A DNA stretch of 64,000 nt, from the IMG/VR virus record IMGVR_UViG_3300010396_000002, positions 91,560 through 155,559 of that record; one strand, 5' to 3'. Source of the DNA: a virus. Shown here piece after piece: positions 9,018 through 18,679 of this stretch; position 1 is the stretch's first letter; every line of letters begins with the position of its first letter. The notes under the pieces were generated by a model. The model worked only from the letters and a program-made list of their open reading frames with translations, had not been told where the DNA came from and ran no database searches. The position numbers were made by a program, and so were the translations under genes.

Positions 9018-9236
9018 ATGAGCGACAAGCAATGGCACGACGACCGCATCCCGATGGAGTACCGGATCCGCGCTGCGCGCGAGCACAATGCGCGGATGGA
9101 CGAGCTGATCGCGGCGAGCGAGGAAGAGGCGCGCCGCCTCGATGGTCTTGGAGACCACGTGCGCGCGGAGCAGTGCCGCCGAGACGCGGCCGAGTTCGCA
9201 GCGCAAAAGACCGACTTCGGAGCGGACGCCGCATGA
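9018..9236 (+). CDS. hypothetical protein
   Basis: AGGAG SD after R14. Confidence 0.7.
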   Translation: MSDKQWHDDRIPMEYRIRAAREHNARMDELIAASEEEARRLDGLGDHVRAEQCRRDAAEFAAQKTDFGADAA

Positions 9237-9239
9237 TCA

Positions 9240-9283
9240 GCGCAGAGCCGGGGGCCCTTCGGGGTTGCCCGGCTCGCGGTCGT
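9240..9283 (+). repeat. Structured intergenic element R15
   Basis: GCGCA GA GCCGGG GGCCC ttcg GGGTT G CCCGGC TCGCGGTC GT. Confidence 0.92.
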
Positions 9284-9294
9284 GGAGGGACACC

Positions 9295-9486
9295 ATGTCC
9301 ACGAAGAAGAAGGACCCGCCGCCCAAGGCGATCTGCCGCTGCAAGGTCGCCCACGCGATCACCCAGCGCGAGCGAGAAGAGGCGATGCTGGCTCTCCAGT
9401 GGGCCCGCCAGGACAAGGACGCCAAGGCGATCAGCATCGCGCTCGCCAGGCTAGAGCCGTGCCCGTGCGTACCGAAGGAGACCTGA
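9295..9486 (+). CDS. small hypothetical protein
   Basis: GGAGG SD after R15. Confidence 0.65.
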   Translation: MSTKKKDPPPKAICRCKVAHAITQREREEAMLALQWARQDKDAKAISIALARLEPCPCVPKET

Positions 9487-9489
9487 GCC

Positions 9490-10437
9490 ATGAGCTATCG
9501 CGTATTCTTCTCGTTCTCGAAGGGGCTCGCCAAGCCCATCCTGGTCCCCAAGGGGACGCTCGCGGCGCTCCAGGAGCACGTTGCCCGCGTCGAGAAGGCG
9601 CTCGGGCTCAAGGTCGAGAAGTACAGGGACAACCCGGCGCACTGGCGCGACACCACGCCGACCACGGACATCTCCGACGAAGACTTCTGCAAGCTCGTCG
9701 AGGAGCACAACCGCTGGGTGCGCTGGGTCTACAACTGGTTCGGGGAATGGTCGGAGGCCACCCGGAAGAAGCAAGCGCCCAAGGATGGATGGGGGCGATG
9801 GGAGCGCAGATTCGGGCCGGATCTCCATCTCTACTTCACCGGGTGCAACATCAAGTCCGATCCGCCCGACACGCTCACGCCCGCCGACGCGCAGACGTTC
9901 TGGCACGGCCTCCAAGAGCTGGAGGTGCCCGTCGAGCGGTGGTCGCGCGACTACTACGTCAGCCGGATGCAGCACCTTTACGAGGTCATGCGCGGCAACG
10001 AGAGCGAGGGCGTAACCTTCAACGCGAAGAAGTCGCTCACTCCGCGACAGGCCGCAGCCGTGGTCTGCCTGTTCTCATCGTACATCGACTCGCACGACAT
10101 GCGCCTCGACGTGCCCAACGGATACGACCACCTCGCGTCGTCGTACGACGGTGGCTACGACTGGTGCTCCACGTGCGGCCCGGTGCATCCAGACGACTCC
10201 AGGCAGAGCAACTGCCGGCGCAAGGGATGCGACCTCCGGTCCGAGCGCGGCGAGCTGTCCTGGGTCTTGAAGGACAAGGCCGCGGGCGCCTACCTCGGCA
10301 TGGCGCCAGGGTCCTGGCCCACCAAGCTCAACAAGAAGGTCCGCCACTTCACCAGCCGCTGCGAGGCCGAGGAGCGAGCGAAGAAGTACACGAAGCGCGC
10401 TCTCGTCGTCGTGCCGGTCGGCAAGCGAGACAGGTAA
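9490..10437 (+). CDS. hypothetical protein
   Basis: AAGGAG SD; long high-GC3 ORF. Confidence 0.8.
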   Translation: MSYRVFFSFSKGLAKPILVPKGTLAALQEHVARVEKALGLKVEKYRDNPAHWRDTTPTTDISDEDFCKLVEEHNRWVRWVYNWFGEWSEATRKKQAPKDGWGRWERRFGPDLHLYFTGCNIKSDPPDTLTPADAQTFWHGLQELEVPVERWSRDYYVSRMQHLYEVMRGNESEGVTFNAKKSLTPRQAAAVVCLFSSYIDSHDMRLDVPNGYDHLASSYDGGYDWCSTCGPVHPDDSRQSNCRRKGCDLRSERGELSWVLKDKAAGAYLGMAPGSWPTKLNKKVRHFTSRCEAEERAKKYTKRALVVVPVGKRDR

Positions 10438-10460
10438 CGCGGGCAGAGGAGATCGATCCC

Positions 10461-10724
10461 ATGAACGACGACAACGAGACCACACCGAAGCGCGGAGCGC
10501 TGGACCAGCTCCTGACGATGTACCACCGCCTCATGATGCGCGGCGACGGGCCCGTCATCCAGCTCTCGCCGTTCTACTTCGACGACGGGCACTGGAGGAC
10601 AGATGTCCAAGTTCTGATCGGCGGCCAGGTCGTCGCCGACGGCGAGGGGCGCACGGCGGAGGAGGCCGCAGAGAAGGCGCTCGCCAGGCTGCGCGAGCGT
10701 GCCGCGCAGTTCCCCGACGTCTGA
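10461..10724 (+). CDS. small protein, possible dsRBD-like fold (VADGEGRTAEEAAEKAL)
   Basis: GAGGAG SD; G.G.T.EEA helix motif. Confidence 0.5.
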   Translation: MNDDNETTPKRGALDQLLTMYHRLMMRGDGPVIQLSPFYFDDGHWRTDVQVLIGGQVVADGEGRTAEEAAEKALARLRERAAQFPDV

Positions 10725-10808
10725 CCGCTCGTGGATTCGGTCGAGCCTGCCCCTTTCCACGAGGAGCAGGCTCCGCCGGGCATCGAGCCCACGGGAAGGA
10801 GATCCCCC

Positions 10809-11297
10809 ATGAAGCCTCAACCGCCGCCCCTGCGGCTTGGTCCGAACGTGCAGTGGTTGGTCGACGGCGCGCTCTCCCGCAAGGGAGGGCCCGTCTCGCC
10901 GGAGACCCAGGGCCTGCTCTTCTGGAGCAAGTTTACCAGCGCCGACCTCCTCGAGCTGGCCGCCTGGTGCCTCGCCGAGGCCGGTACCTCCAAGACCCCG
11001 GAGATCAACCGGGCCTACGACGACGTGACCCTCCTGGCCACCGCGGTGCGCCTCGACGAGGATCTCGCCGCCATCGTCCGCGACTTCGACGACGAGGTGA
11101 CGCGGGTCAAGCTGACGGCGGTCGCGTACGACGAGGCTGGTGCGGAGCGGTCCAAGCCGGTCCGCCAGGTCCCCTACGTCCTGACGTCCAGAGCCCGCGA
11201 GGACGCGATGCACTGGCTGAAGCGTCCGCTCTCCGAGCCCGAGGCTCAGGCGCTGGAGGCGTGCATCAGGCGTTGCCTCACGGAGCCGGCGTCGTGA
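10809..11297 (+). CDS. hypothetical protein
   Basis: AAGGAG SD. Confidence 0.7.
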   Translation: MKPQPPPLRLGPNVQWLVDGALSRKGGPVSPETQGLLFWSKFTSADLLELAAWCLAEAGTSKTPEINRAYDDVTLLATAVRLDEDLAAIVRDFDDEVTRVKLTAVAYDEAGAERSKPVRQVPYVLTSRAREDAMHWLKRPLSEPEAQALEACIRRCLTEPAS

Positions 11298-11533
11298 ACG
11301 TGCAGCAAGAGGAGCGGGTCCGGGAGCTGAGTGAGGCGGCCGCACATTGGGACAAGCTCGCTGAGGAGCAAGACTCGATCGCCGCGGAGGGCAACCCGCT
11401 CGACTGCCCCGACACTTGCGCGGAGCGCGCGAAGATGTACCGGCGCACCGCCGAGTCGCTCCGGTTGCAGATCGCGACGGGTGTCGCGCACTGCGCGTGC
11501 TGCCTCAAGCCCGTGGGAAGGAGCTGGCCGTGA
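11294..11533 (+). CDS. small hypothetical protein
   Basis: GTGA coupling; HCACC. Confidence 0.55.
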   Translation: MNVQQEERVRELSEAAAHWDKLAEEQDSIAAEGNPLDCPDTCAERAKMYRRTAESLRLQIATGVAHCACCLKPVGRSWP

Positions 11534-11670
11534 TCACGATCCCCACCAAGGCGGACGTCGTCGCCGCGATGCAGGCAGCGCTCACCGCTGCGCTCTCGAC
11601 CAAGGATCCGTGGGGCAACGACTGGGCGACCGGCGTGCTCGGCGCGACGAGCACGGCACCCCGCTCTGAT

Positions 11671-11717
11671 ACGCGTTGACCCCCGCATCCTCTCACGAGG
11701 ACCGGGGGTCAACGCGT
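11671..11717. repeat. Element R16: centre-inverted, palindrome-perfected variant
   Basis: 15-bp perfect arms ACGCGTTGACCCCCG / CGGGGGTCAACGCGT; the minus strand reads CCCCCG GTCCTC gtga GAGGAT G CGGGGG TCAACGC GT. Confidence 0.8.
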
Positions 11718-11742
11718 CAGGGGGGGACTGATGAGGGAGACC

Positions 11743-12552
11743 ATGGCCAGAAGGAACGCAGCACGAGGAACGATCCAGGTGAGCGACGAGGTGCGCAGCA
11801 TCCTGGAGCTCTACATCGACGGGTGCACCGGCAACCTCGCCCCCAAGATCGAGCGGCGGCTCAGCCGCGACGAGTACACGAAGGTCAACGAGGTGCTCGT
11901 CGCCGCTGGGGGGCGCTGGCAAGGAACGCTCAAGGTCCCCGGCCGCACCGAGAAGGGTGCCCACGTCTTCCCCCTGGGCAGCGACGCGCGCGCTCTCATC
12001 CGCGCCGTGTTCGAGTCGGGCGAGGTCGCCGACCCGAAGCGTGGGGACTTCTTCCCCACCCCCGACGACCTGGCTCACGACATGGCGAAGCTCGCCGGGT
12101 GCACGTCCGGGATGACCGTCCTCGAGCCAAGCGCAGGCAAGGGCCCCATCGCCGCAGCGGCACGCATCTATGGCGCCACGGTGCTTGTGGTCGAGGAGGA
12201 CGGCGAGCGCCGGGCCCATCTCCAGGCCCGCCAGTTCCAGGTGCTGCCCGGCGGCATCAACGACTTCCTGGCCATCCCGCCGGCGCCGATGTTCGACGCC
12301 GTCGTGATGAACCCGCCATGGTCCCGGCAGCAGGACATCGCCCACGTCACGCACGCGCTCAAGTTCGTGAAGCCCGGCGGGCGTCTCGTCGCCGCCATGT
12401 GGCCTGCCTGGCAAACCAGCACGTTCAAGGTCGCAGAGGCGTTTCGCAAGCTGCTCTCGGGCCTTCAGCACGACGTCACCGAGATCCCCGCAGGCACCTT
12501 CGCCGAGAGCGGGACGCAGATGGCCGGCGTGCTCCTCGTCGTGCAGATGTAG
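11743..12552 (+). CDS. SAM-dependent amino-MTase (N6-adenine/N4-cytosine DNA methyltransferase-like)
   Basis: FFPTP, VLEPSAGKG (motif I), MNPPW (motif IV), GTFAESGT. Confidence 0.85.
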   Translation: MARRNAARGTIQVSDEVRSILELYIDGCTGNLAPKIERRLSRDEYTKVNEVLVAAGGRWQGTLKVPGRTEKGAHVFPLGSDARALIRAVFESGEVADPKRGDFFPTPDDLAHDMAKLAGCTSGMTVLEPSAGKGPIAAAARIYGATVLVVEEDGERRAHLQARQFQVLPGGINDFLAIPPAPMFDAVVMNPPWSRQQDIAHVTHALKFVKPGGRLVAAMWPAWQTSTFKVAEAFRKLLSGLQHDVTEIPAGTFAESGTQMAGVLLVVQM

Positions 12553-12572
12553 TACCTTCGCTCCTGGACGAC

Positions 12573-12616
12573 GCGCAGACCCCCGGGCTCCATCTGAGCC
12601 GCGGGGGCCGCGTCGT
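12573..12616 (+). repeat. Structured intergenic element R17
   Basis: GCGCA GA CCCCCG GGCTC catct GAGCC G CGGGGG CCGCGTC GT. Confidence 0.92.
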
Positions 12617-12630
12617 TGAAGGAGATCGAC

Positions 12631-12873
12631 ATGCCCAAGCACTGGCCCATCTGTCCCGCCATCGCCTACTGCCTGCGCGTCCTCGCGCTCGACATCGAGA
12701 GCAACCCCCAGGGCATCAACCCCGAGGGCGACACCATCGGCGACATCCTGAACGAGGACACCGAGAACGACCCGCGCACGGAGGAGGGCTTCCGGCGCTG
12801 GCTCAACGTGCACGGCGGTTTCTCCTCGGAGGAGATCGCGGCCGCCGTCGCGGAGGTCTACGCAAGGTCATGA
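12631..12873 (+). CDS. hypothetical protein
   Basis: AAGGAG SD after R17. Confidence 0.7.
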   Translation: MPKHWPICPAIAYCLRVLALDIESNPQGINPEGDTIGDILNEDTENDPRTEEGFRRWLNVHGGFSSEEIAAAVAEVYARS

Positions 12874-13259
12874 GACTCGCCATCGCCAACAAGGCCATCC
12901 TGCTCACTGGCGACGGGCCTCCCATCCTTCGCGTCGAAGGGCTCGAGACCGCTGCCTACGGCCCAACGTGCGCGGAGATCCGCTTGACCCGTCAGCGGTT
13001 CAAGCGCCTCTTTGGGGTGGCGCCTGTCATCCGCATCCAAGGACGCTTCCACCGCGACGCTATGCTCCAGCGCGACGCCAGCGATGCGGCCGGCCCCGAT
13101 GTCTGGCCCCTCATGAACAACCCCGAGCCGGTCGTCTTCGTTGGTAAAGAGTACATCACGATCCGGCTCACCTACCCCATCGCGAAACGGGACACGCTGC
13201 GGGTCTTTCCGGAAAAGGGGCGCAATGTGCAGATCCGTTTCACGCTCCCCAATACGTAA
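12870..13259 (+). CDS. hypothetical protein
   Basis: ATGA coupling; stop directly before R18. Confidence 0.6.
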   Translation: MRLAIANKAILLTGDGPPILRVEGLETAAYGPTCAEIRLTRQRFKRLFGVAPVIRIQGRFHRDAMLQRDASDAAGPDVWPLMNNPEPVVFVGKEYITIRLTYPIAKRDTLRVFPEKGRNVQIRFTLPNT

Positions 13260-13260
13260 A

Positions 13261-13301
13261 GCGCGCACCCCGGGGGCTACGGCTCGCCGGGGCTGACGCG
13301 T
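13261..13301 (+). repeat. Structured intergenic element R18
   Basis: GCGCG CA CCCCGG GGGC tacg GCTC G CCGGGG CTGACGC GT. Confidence 0.9.
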
Positions 13302-13315
13302 CGAAGGAGGCCGAC

Positions 13316-13516
13316 ATGCAAGACGACCAGGATGGGGGGCTGCTCGCGCGGGCCGACGAAGCGCTCGACCTGCGCACCAGCATCGAGAAGTGGCAGGCCG
13401 AGATCGACGCTGGCGGCATCTCGCCCGAGCGGCGCAAGGATCTGCGCACGTCGATCCGCCTTGCGGAGAAGCGGTGCGCGGAACTGTTGCGGGGTCCGAA
13501 GGGAGGCGCGCGATGA
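13316..13516 (+). CDS. small hypothetical protein
   Basis: AAGGAGG SD after R18. Confidence 0.7.
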   Translation: MQDDQDGGLLARADEALDLRTSIEKWQAEIDAGGISPERRKDLRTSIRLAEKRCAELLRGPKGGAR

Positions 13517-14001
13517 ACACGACCCACCTACGGCGCATGCTCGCCTCGCAGATCCGCCGCGGCGCCTGGAAGGGGCGCGACTGCTGGTGGACGCTGAAGG
13601 CGTTCGTACGCGCCGTGCCCGAGCTGACCTGGAACGCGATCACCGAGCTCTCGGGCAAGGTCTCCGGCTGCGGCTGCACCGACGACGAGGCCGAGGTCTG
13701 TGGCACCAGCGACTGGTGTTATTGCCCGTGCCATCCGGAGAACGCAGAGAAGCGCTCCCCATGCCGTTGCGGCGAGCCGCAGACCGCCCACGACCCGAGC
13801 GGGATCCCCGGCGTGTGCGACGGGTACGACCCGCAGACCGACAAGCACCTCGCGTGCGACCAGTGCGGCGAGAACCCCCTGGTCGAGTACAACGCGAAGG
13901 CCGGCGACCGCTGCCCCAGGCACGCGTTGCCGGATCCGCGCAGTTCCTGCAATGGCATGCTCCGCGTGACCGGATGCGGCGACCCGGAGTGCTGCCGATG
14001 A
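13513..14001 (+). CDS. Cys-rich hypothetical protein
   Basis: ATGA coupling; many Cys residues. Confidence 0.65.
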   Translation: MNTTHLRRMLASQIRRGAWKGRDCWWTLKAFVRAVPELTWNAITELSGKVSGCGCTDDEAEVCGTSDWCYCPCHPENAEKRSPCRCGEPQTAHDPSGIPGVCDGYDPQTDKHLACDQCGENPLVEYNAKAGDRCPRHALPDPRSSCNGMLRVTGCGDPECCR

Positions 14002-14380
14002 GCGCGTCCGCCGTCTGGCAGCGGCTCGCCGGTCCGGCGTGCGCGCGACGAGGCGCCCGCGCCGTGCTGCGGGACATCAACGGCGACCTGATGACCCTAG
14101 GCAAGGTGCTCGCAGCCATCTGCAAGGCGTCGCAGACGCCGCCAATCGCGACGCTCCGGCGCCGGTACACGGCACAGTGGAACGCGCGCATCCGCGTGCG
14201 CCGGTTCCTGCATGGCGTCGCGGTTGGCAAGACGCCAGCGCCTCCAGCGTCTTCTGCATCGGTCCGGAACCTGATCCGACGACTGGAGGCGCAGCTCTGC
14301 TCCTGCGAACACTCCAAGGGCCATCGCTGCGTCGAGCAGCGCGCGATGCGTGCCGCCGCGGCCCTCTTGCGAGGCGAGCC

Positions 14381-14758
14381 GTGACGGAGCGCGCCACGCA
14401 CACGACGCCCAAGGGCGCCGTCGTCCCGATCTTCGCCGGCAAGCTCCACGACTGGAGCAACGTCAACGGCGACGATCCCAAGGGGCTCGGTACGATCGAG
14501 GTCATCGTCCACGAGACCTTCGTGCAATGGGTCTACCTGTACCCGAGGCACCCGCCGACAGCGATCCACGTCCCCAACGGGCTCGACCCGAACGAGCCTC
14601 CACCGCTCCCGAAGCCGGAGAGCATGTGGGCCAAGTGCAACTGCTCCAAGGCGGTCGGAGGCTCCGAGCACATCTGCGGCGGCTGCGGCCAGCCCTACTT
14701 CATCGAGATCCACGGCTGGGCCGATGGGTACTGCACCTACTGCTACCACCGAGGTTGA
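14381..14758 (+). CDS. Zn-finger hypothetical protein
   Basis: GTGA coupling; CNC, CGGC, CTYC. Confidence 0.6.
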   Translation: MTERATHTTPKGAVVPIFAGKLHDWSNVNGDDPKGLGTIEVIVHETFVQWVYLYPRHPPTAIHVPNGLDPNEPPPLPKPESMWAKCNCSKAVGGSEHICGGCGQPYFIEIHGWADGYCTYCYHRG

Positions 14759-14760
14759 AC

Positions 14761-15183
14761 ATGACGCGCGAGCAGATGATCGCCATCGTGACCGAACGAA
14801 GCGCCGGAGCGACGCCCGCCGTCGACCCGTGCCGCGTGTATGACGCGAGCGGGGCCTACGTCTGGTTCGACGAGAACGCGACGGAGTTGGACGTGTGCGA
14901 GCGGTGCGCCGACAAACTGGTCGAGCGACGCAGCACGGGAACCGATTCCATCGAGGTCTTCCCCCGCGGTGAGAAGACCGACGTGATCCATTCCTGCGGC
15001 GGATGCGGTTGCCCGCTCCTCGACGTCCTCACCAAGGATGGCGCGGAAGACGAGCTGTCTCACTGGGAGACGCACGGCGCGCCGAAGGACGCCGGCGAGT
15101 GGCGCGAGTTCGGCCTCATGGTCCAGTCGATCCCCGACGAGCACCTCCCGCGCGTCGTCCCCTTCCTCAGCACAGGAGCTTGA
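14761..15183 (+). CDS. hypothetical protein
   Basis: GAGG SD; CxxC motifs. Confidence 0.6.
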   Translation: MTREQMIAIVTERSAGATPAVDPCRVYDASGAYVWFDENATELDVCERCADKLVERRSTGTDSIEVFPRGEKTDVIHSCGGCGCPLLDVLTKDGAEDELSHWETHGAPKDAGEWREFGLMVQSIPDEHLPRVVPFLSTGA

Positions 15184-15185
15184 GC

Positions 15186-15596
15186 ATGGAAGCGTTCATC
15201 CACATCGACAGCTTCGCTGGGAGGACCAAGCACAAGGTCAACGTGATCGGCGCGACGCCGAAGCGGTTCCGCGTCGAGGTCATCGACCAGTTTGTGACCG
15301 TTGCCACGCGCAAGCACCACAAGGGCTCCGTCCTCCTGGTGCCGCGCTACGCCGTGCGCGACGAGGCCGGCAAGCCGATCGAGTGCCCCGACGCGTTCCT
15401 CGAGAACGATCACGGCTTCTTCACGCTGACGCCGGTGTCAGACAAGGCGAAGGACTGGCTCTTCGCTCACTGCAACCCGAAGCCACGTCGAGGCGATTCA
15501 CTGCACTTCGACGACCGCCAGTACGTGCAGGAGATCCTCGTCGCCATGAAGTTCAACGCGGGGCTCGTCTGGGTCGCGGGGAGGGTGCGGGTGTGA
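15186..15596 (+). CDS. hypothetical protein
   Basis: AGGAG SD. Confidence 0.65.
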   Translation: MEAFIHIDSFAGRTKHKVNVIGATPKRFRVEVIDQFVTVATRKHHKGSVLLVPRYAVRDEAGKPIECPDAFLENDHGFFTLTPVSDKAKDWLFAHCNPKPRRGDSLHFDDRQYVQEILVAMKFNAGLVWVAGRVRV

Positions 15597-17890
15597 AACA
15601 CGTCTTCCGCTCCGCCTGCCTCTTCGCCGGGGCCGGCGCCATGGCCTACGGTGCCAAGGAGGCCAGCCAGCGCTTCCGCGAGCACGGGGCATCGTTCGAG
15701 CTCTGTGGTGCGTACGACTACGACGCCTACGCCTGCCAGGCTTACGAGTACCTCAACGACAGCCCCTGCGCGCAGCTCGACGCGGCCACGATCACGCTGG
15801 AGCAGATCCGGAAGCTGTTCGGCGAGAAGCCGCCCGACGCGGCATGGATCAGCGCCCCGTGCCAGGGTGCCTGCAAGATGCTGCCCGAGGCCAAGGCCGC
15901 GACGCCGAAGTACGTGGCGATGAACGACCTCAGCCTCCGCGGCGTGCAGACGCTGCTCGACGCGTATCCGGACGATCCGATCCCGCTGATCTTCTTCGAG
16001 AACGTGCCCAACATCACGACCCGGGCGAAGCAGATGCTTCGCGATCTGCGCAAGCTTGCGAAGTCCCGCGGGTACGTGCAGCACGAGGGCTATCACGAGG
16101 CGCGCCATCTCGGAGACCTAGCGCAGCGAAGAAAGCGCTGGTTCGCCGTCTGGCGGCACCCGAGCAAGGTCCCCGTCTTCCTCTACATGCCGCCGCACAA
16201 GGCGGGCAAGGTGTGCGGGGACGTGCTCGGGCCTCTGCCGCTCCCGAACGATCCGCGGGGTGGCCCGATGCACCGGCTCAGCAACACGAGCATGATCAAC
16301 CTTCTCCGGCTCTGGGCGATCCCCGCCGGCGGCGACTGGCGGGACTTGATCCAGGACGACGTGCCGCGGCGGGAGCGCTTCCGGCGCCAGCACATCGAAC
16401 GCTGGGACGATCCAAGCGTCACCATCGGCGGCCCCGGCAGCAACGGGGCCTGCGCAGTGCAGGACCCACGGCCGGCGGGAGGCGTCGACCTGCTCGGCGG
16501 CAAGGCCCCAACGCAGGAGCAGCTCGAGCGCTGGGAGCAAGAGGGCGTCCACGCGGACGGGGCCGTGCACTTCTTCAAGGGCAAGCACGGCGTGCGCCCC
16601 TGGAGCAAGCCGGCGCGCACGGTCATCGCCGGCCCAGGCAACGACGCGACGGCGGATCCACGCGTTCTGCTCCAGCCTCAGGCCGGGAACGGCCGGATGC
16701 ACTGGGGGAAGTACGTGGTCGTGCCCATGAACGGCACGGCTCCGTGCGTGACGACGGCGTTGCGCGTCGGTTCCGGCGCACCCAGCATCGCCGATGATCG
16801 GGTCGACCTATCAACCGGGCCGCAGTTCAACCGGCGCTGGGGCGTGCTCTCGCCGGGGGAGCCGAGCGACACGGTGACTACCGCCGGACGGCCGCAGTGC
16901 GGCGCCTTCTCCTACGCCGCGCCGGCGCCCGAGCCGGTGGACCTCGTGCCGAAGCAGAAGTGCTACGACGCCGGCTATGGCGTCCTCGCCAAGGGCCAGC
17001 CTAGCCGGACCATCGCCACCAAGGCGGACCCCGGATGCGGGGCCTACGCCATCGCCGACGAGGTACCGGCTCCGCTCCAGCTCGAGCTTGGCTGTGCTCC
17101 GCATGCTGGCGCCTACGGCGTGACCGGCTTCGACCAGGAGCAGGCCACGATCACCGCCCACCACAAGGTCGACAACCGACCGGCAGCCGTTGCCGACCCT
17201 CGGCCCACCCCCGCTTACGTCGTGCTCTCCCACGAGGAGACCAAGCGGATCGTGGACGGCGAGGTCCGCGTCCCGTTCGCCATCGTCGACCAGGAGAACC
17301 CCGGGGAGGCGCTCGCCATCGTCGACGACCTGGAGAAACCGCCGTACCGCTGGGTCGAGACGAAGCCCAAGACGAAGCGGGGGAAGCCCAAGCGCAAGAA
17401 GGAGACGGTCGCCCTCGTTCTCATCTCGGCCGACGGCACATGGCACCGGCCGCTGACCACGCTGGAGCTCGCCGTGCTCCAGTCCTTCCCCGCCGTGCAC
17501 AACGGCAAGCCGCTCGACTTCGGAGGCGGGAGCACGGCACAGCGCACCGTCATCGGGAACGCCGTGCCGTGCAAGGTGGCGAAGGCCATCGCCGAGCAGA
17601 TGCTGCTCTCCCTCGTCGTTGCCGCCACGGTCGGCTTCACCCTCGGCGACCCTGGCACGCCGGTCTGGGTCAAGAACGTCCGCGCCCTCGAGCGCCAGCT
17701 CCAGCGCGAGGGCTATGTAGTCGTGAAGGGGCGCGGCACGCTCAACTTCACGACGGGCGAGATGCTCGACGACGGCTTCGCCCGATGGCGGGCAGCGAAG
17801 CCGAAGAAGAAGGCCCGCCATCGGGCACGCACGCTGCCCCGGGCCATCCCGAGGCCGGTGCATGTCGCGCCTGCCCACGCCTACGCATGA
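15593..17890 (+). CDS. C5 DNA cytosine methyltransferase with expanded repetitive variable region
   Basis: LFAGAG (I), SAPCQG (IV), ENV (VI), QRRKR (VIII), RPLTTLE (IX), IGNAVP (X). Confidence 0.9.
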   Translation: MKHVFRSACLFAGAGAMAYGAKEASQRFREHGASFELCGAYDYDAYACQAYEYLNDSPCAQLDAATITLEQIRKLFGEKPPDAAWISAPCQGACKMLPEAKAATPKYVAMNDLSLRGVQTLLDAYPDDPIPLIFFENVPNITTRAKQMLRDLRKLAKSRGYVQHEGYHEARHLGDLAQRRKRWFAVWRHPSKVPVFLYMPPHKAGKVCGDVLGPLPLPNDPRGGPMHRLSNTSMINLLRLWAIPAGGDWRDLIQDDVPRRERFRRQHIERWDDPSVTIGGPGSNGACAVQDPRPAGGVDLLGGKAPTQEQLERWEQEGVHADGAVHFFKGKHGVRPWSKPARTVIAGPGNDATADPRVLLQPQAGNGRMHWGKYVVVPMNGTAPCVTTALRVGSGAPSIADDRVDLSTGPQFNRRWGVLSPGEPSDTVTTAGRPQCGAFSYAAPAPEPVDLVPKQKCYDAGYGVLAKGQPSRTIATKADPGCGAYAIADEVPAPLQLELGCAPHAGAYGVTGFDQEQATITAHHKVDNRPAAVADPRPTPAYVVLSHEETKRIVDGEVRVPFAIVDQENPGEALAIVDDLEKPPYRWVETKPKTKRGKPKRKKETVALVLISADGTWHRPLTTLELAVLQSFPAVHNGKPLDFGGGSTAQRTVIGNAVPCKVAKAIAEQMLLSLVVAATVGFTLGDPGTPVWVKNVRALERQLQREGYVVVKGRGTLNFTTGEMLDDGFARWRAAKPKKKARHRARTLPRAIPRPVHVAPAHAYA

Positions 17891-17893
17891 ACC

Positions 17894-17940
17894 GCGCACG
17901 CCCCGGGGCTCTTGCAAGAGGAGCTGCCGGGGCATGCCAT
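17894..17940 (+). repeat. Structured intergenic element R19
   Basis: GCGCA CG CCCCGG GGCTC ttgcaagag GAGCT G CCGGGG CATGCC AT. Confidence 0.9.
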
Positions 17941-17951
17941 TGGAGGATTCA

Positions 17952-18482
17952 ATGACCAAGACCATGATCGTGACCCCAGCCATGATCGACAGGGCCCGTG
18001 CGCTGCTCTTGCGCCGGAAGGAAGTGCCCGGCGCGTTCGTGCACACACGCGGCGAGCTGCTCGCTCAGGTGTGCGCGATCGTCGAGATGCTGGATGAGCA
18101 CTTCGACGTGAAAGCCTTCGACCACAAGCACCTGTGGGTGGCCCAGGGCCCTCGCAGCTACCAGGCCCGCAAGACGCTCGAGGTCGACTGGGCCCGCAAG
18201 GTCATCGACGACGCGCTCGCGCACCTCGACACGCTGAAGCCCCACGAGGACCCGCCCGAGATCGTGAAGGCTGCCAAGGAGCTGGAGGGCGCGTACGGCG
18301 CCGTGGTCGACGCCGCGCACGAGTTCTACACGAGCATGGACCTCAGGAAGCTCCTCAAGCACCAGCCCCCGAGCGAGGTGAAGGTCCCCGGGTACCGCCT
18401 CGCCGACCTCGCCGATGCCGTCCGGGCCTGGAAGGACGCCGGGCAGGCGCTGCTCGACTTGCAGGCCAAGCAGAAGCGATGA
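17952..18482 (+). CDS. hypothetical protein
   Basis: GGAGG SD after R19. Confidence 0.7.
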   Translation: MTKTMIVTPAMIDRARALLLRRKEVPGAFVHTRGELLAQVCAIVEMLDEHFDVKAFDHKHLWVAQGPRSYQARKTLEVDWARKVIDDALAHLDTLKPHEDPPEIVKAAKELEGAYGAVVDAAHEFYTSMDLRKLLKHQPPSEVKVPGYRLADLADAVRAWKDAGQALLDLQAKQKR

Positions 18483-18679
18483 GGCCGCAGAAGTCCCCGG
18501 CGAAGCGCCTGGAGAAAGCGCGTGCGAGACGGCGAGACTTCTCCGCGCGCGGGTCGACCTGCCCGCTCTGCCGCCAGGAGTTCCGAACGTGCGAGCACAC
18601 GATCCAGCAGGCCATGGACCGGCTGGACGAGGACGTGACGCTCGCCGAGGTCGAAGCAGCGAAGGACCGCTCACAATAG
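18479..18679 (+). CDS. small Zn-finger protein
   Basis: ATGA coupling; CPLC...CEH. Confidence 0.6.
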   Translation: MRPQKSPAKRLEKARARRRDFSARGSTCPLCRQEFRTCEHTIQQAMDRLDEDVTLAEVEAAKDRSQ

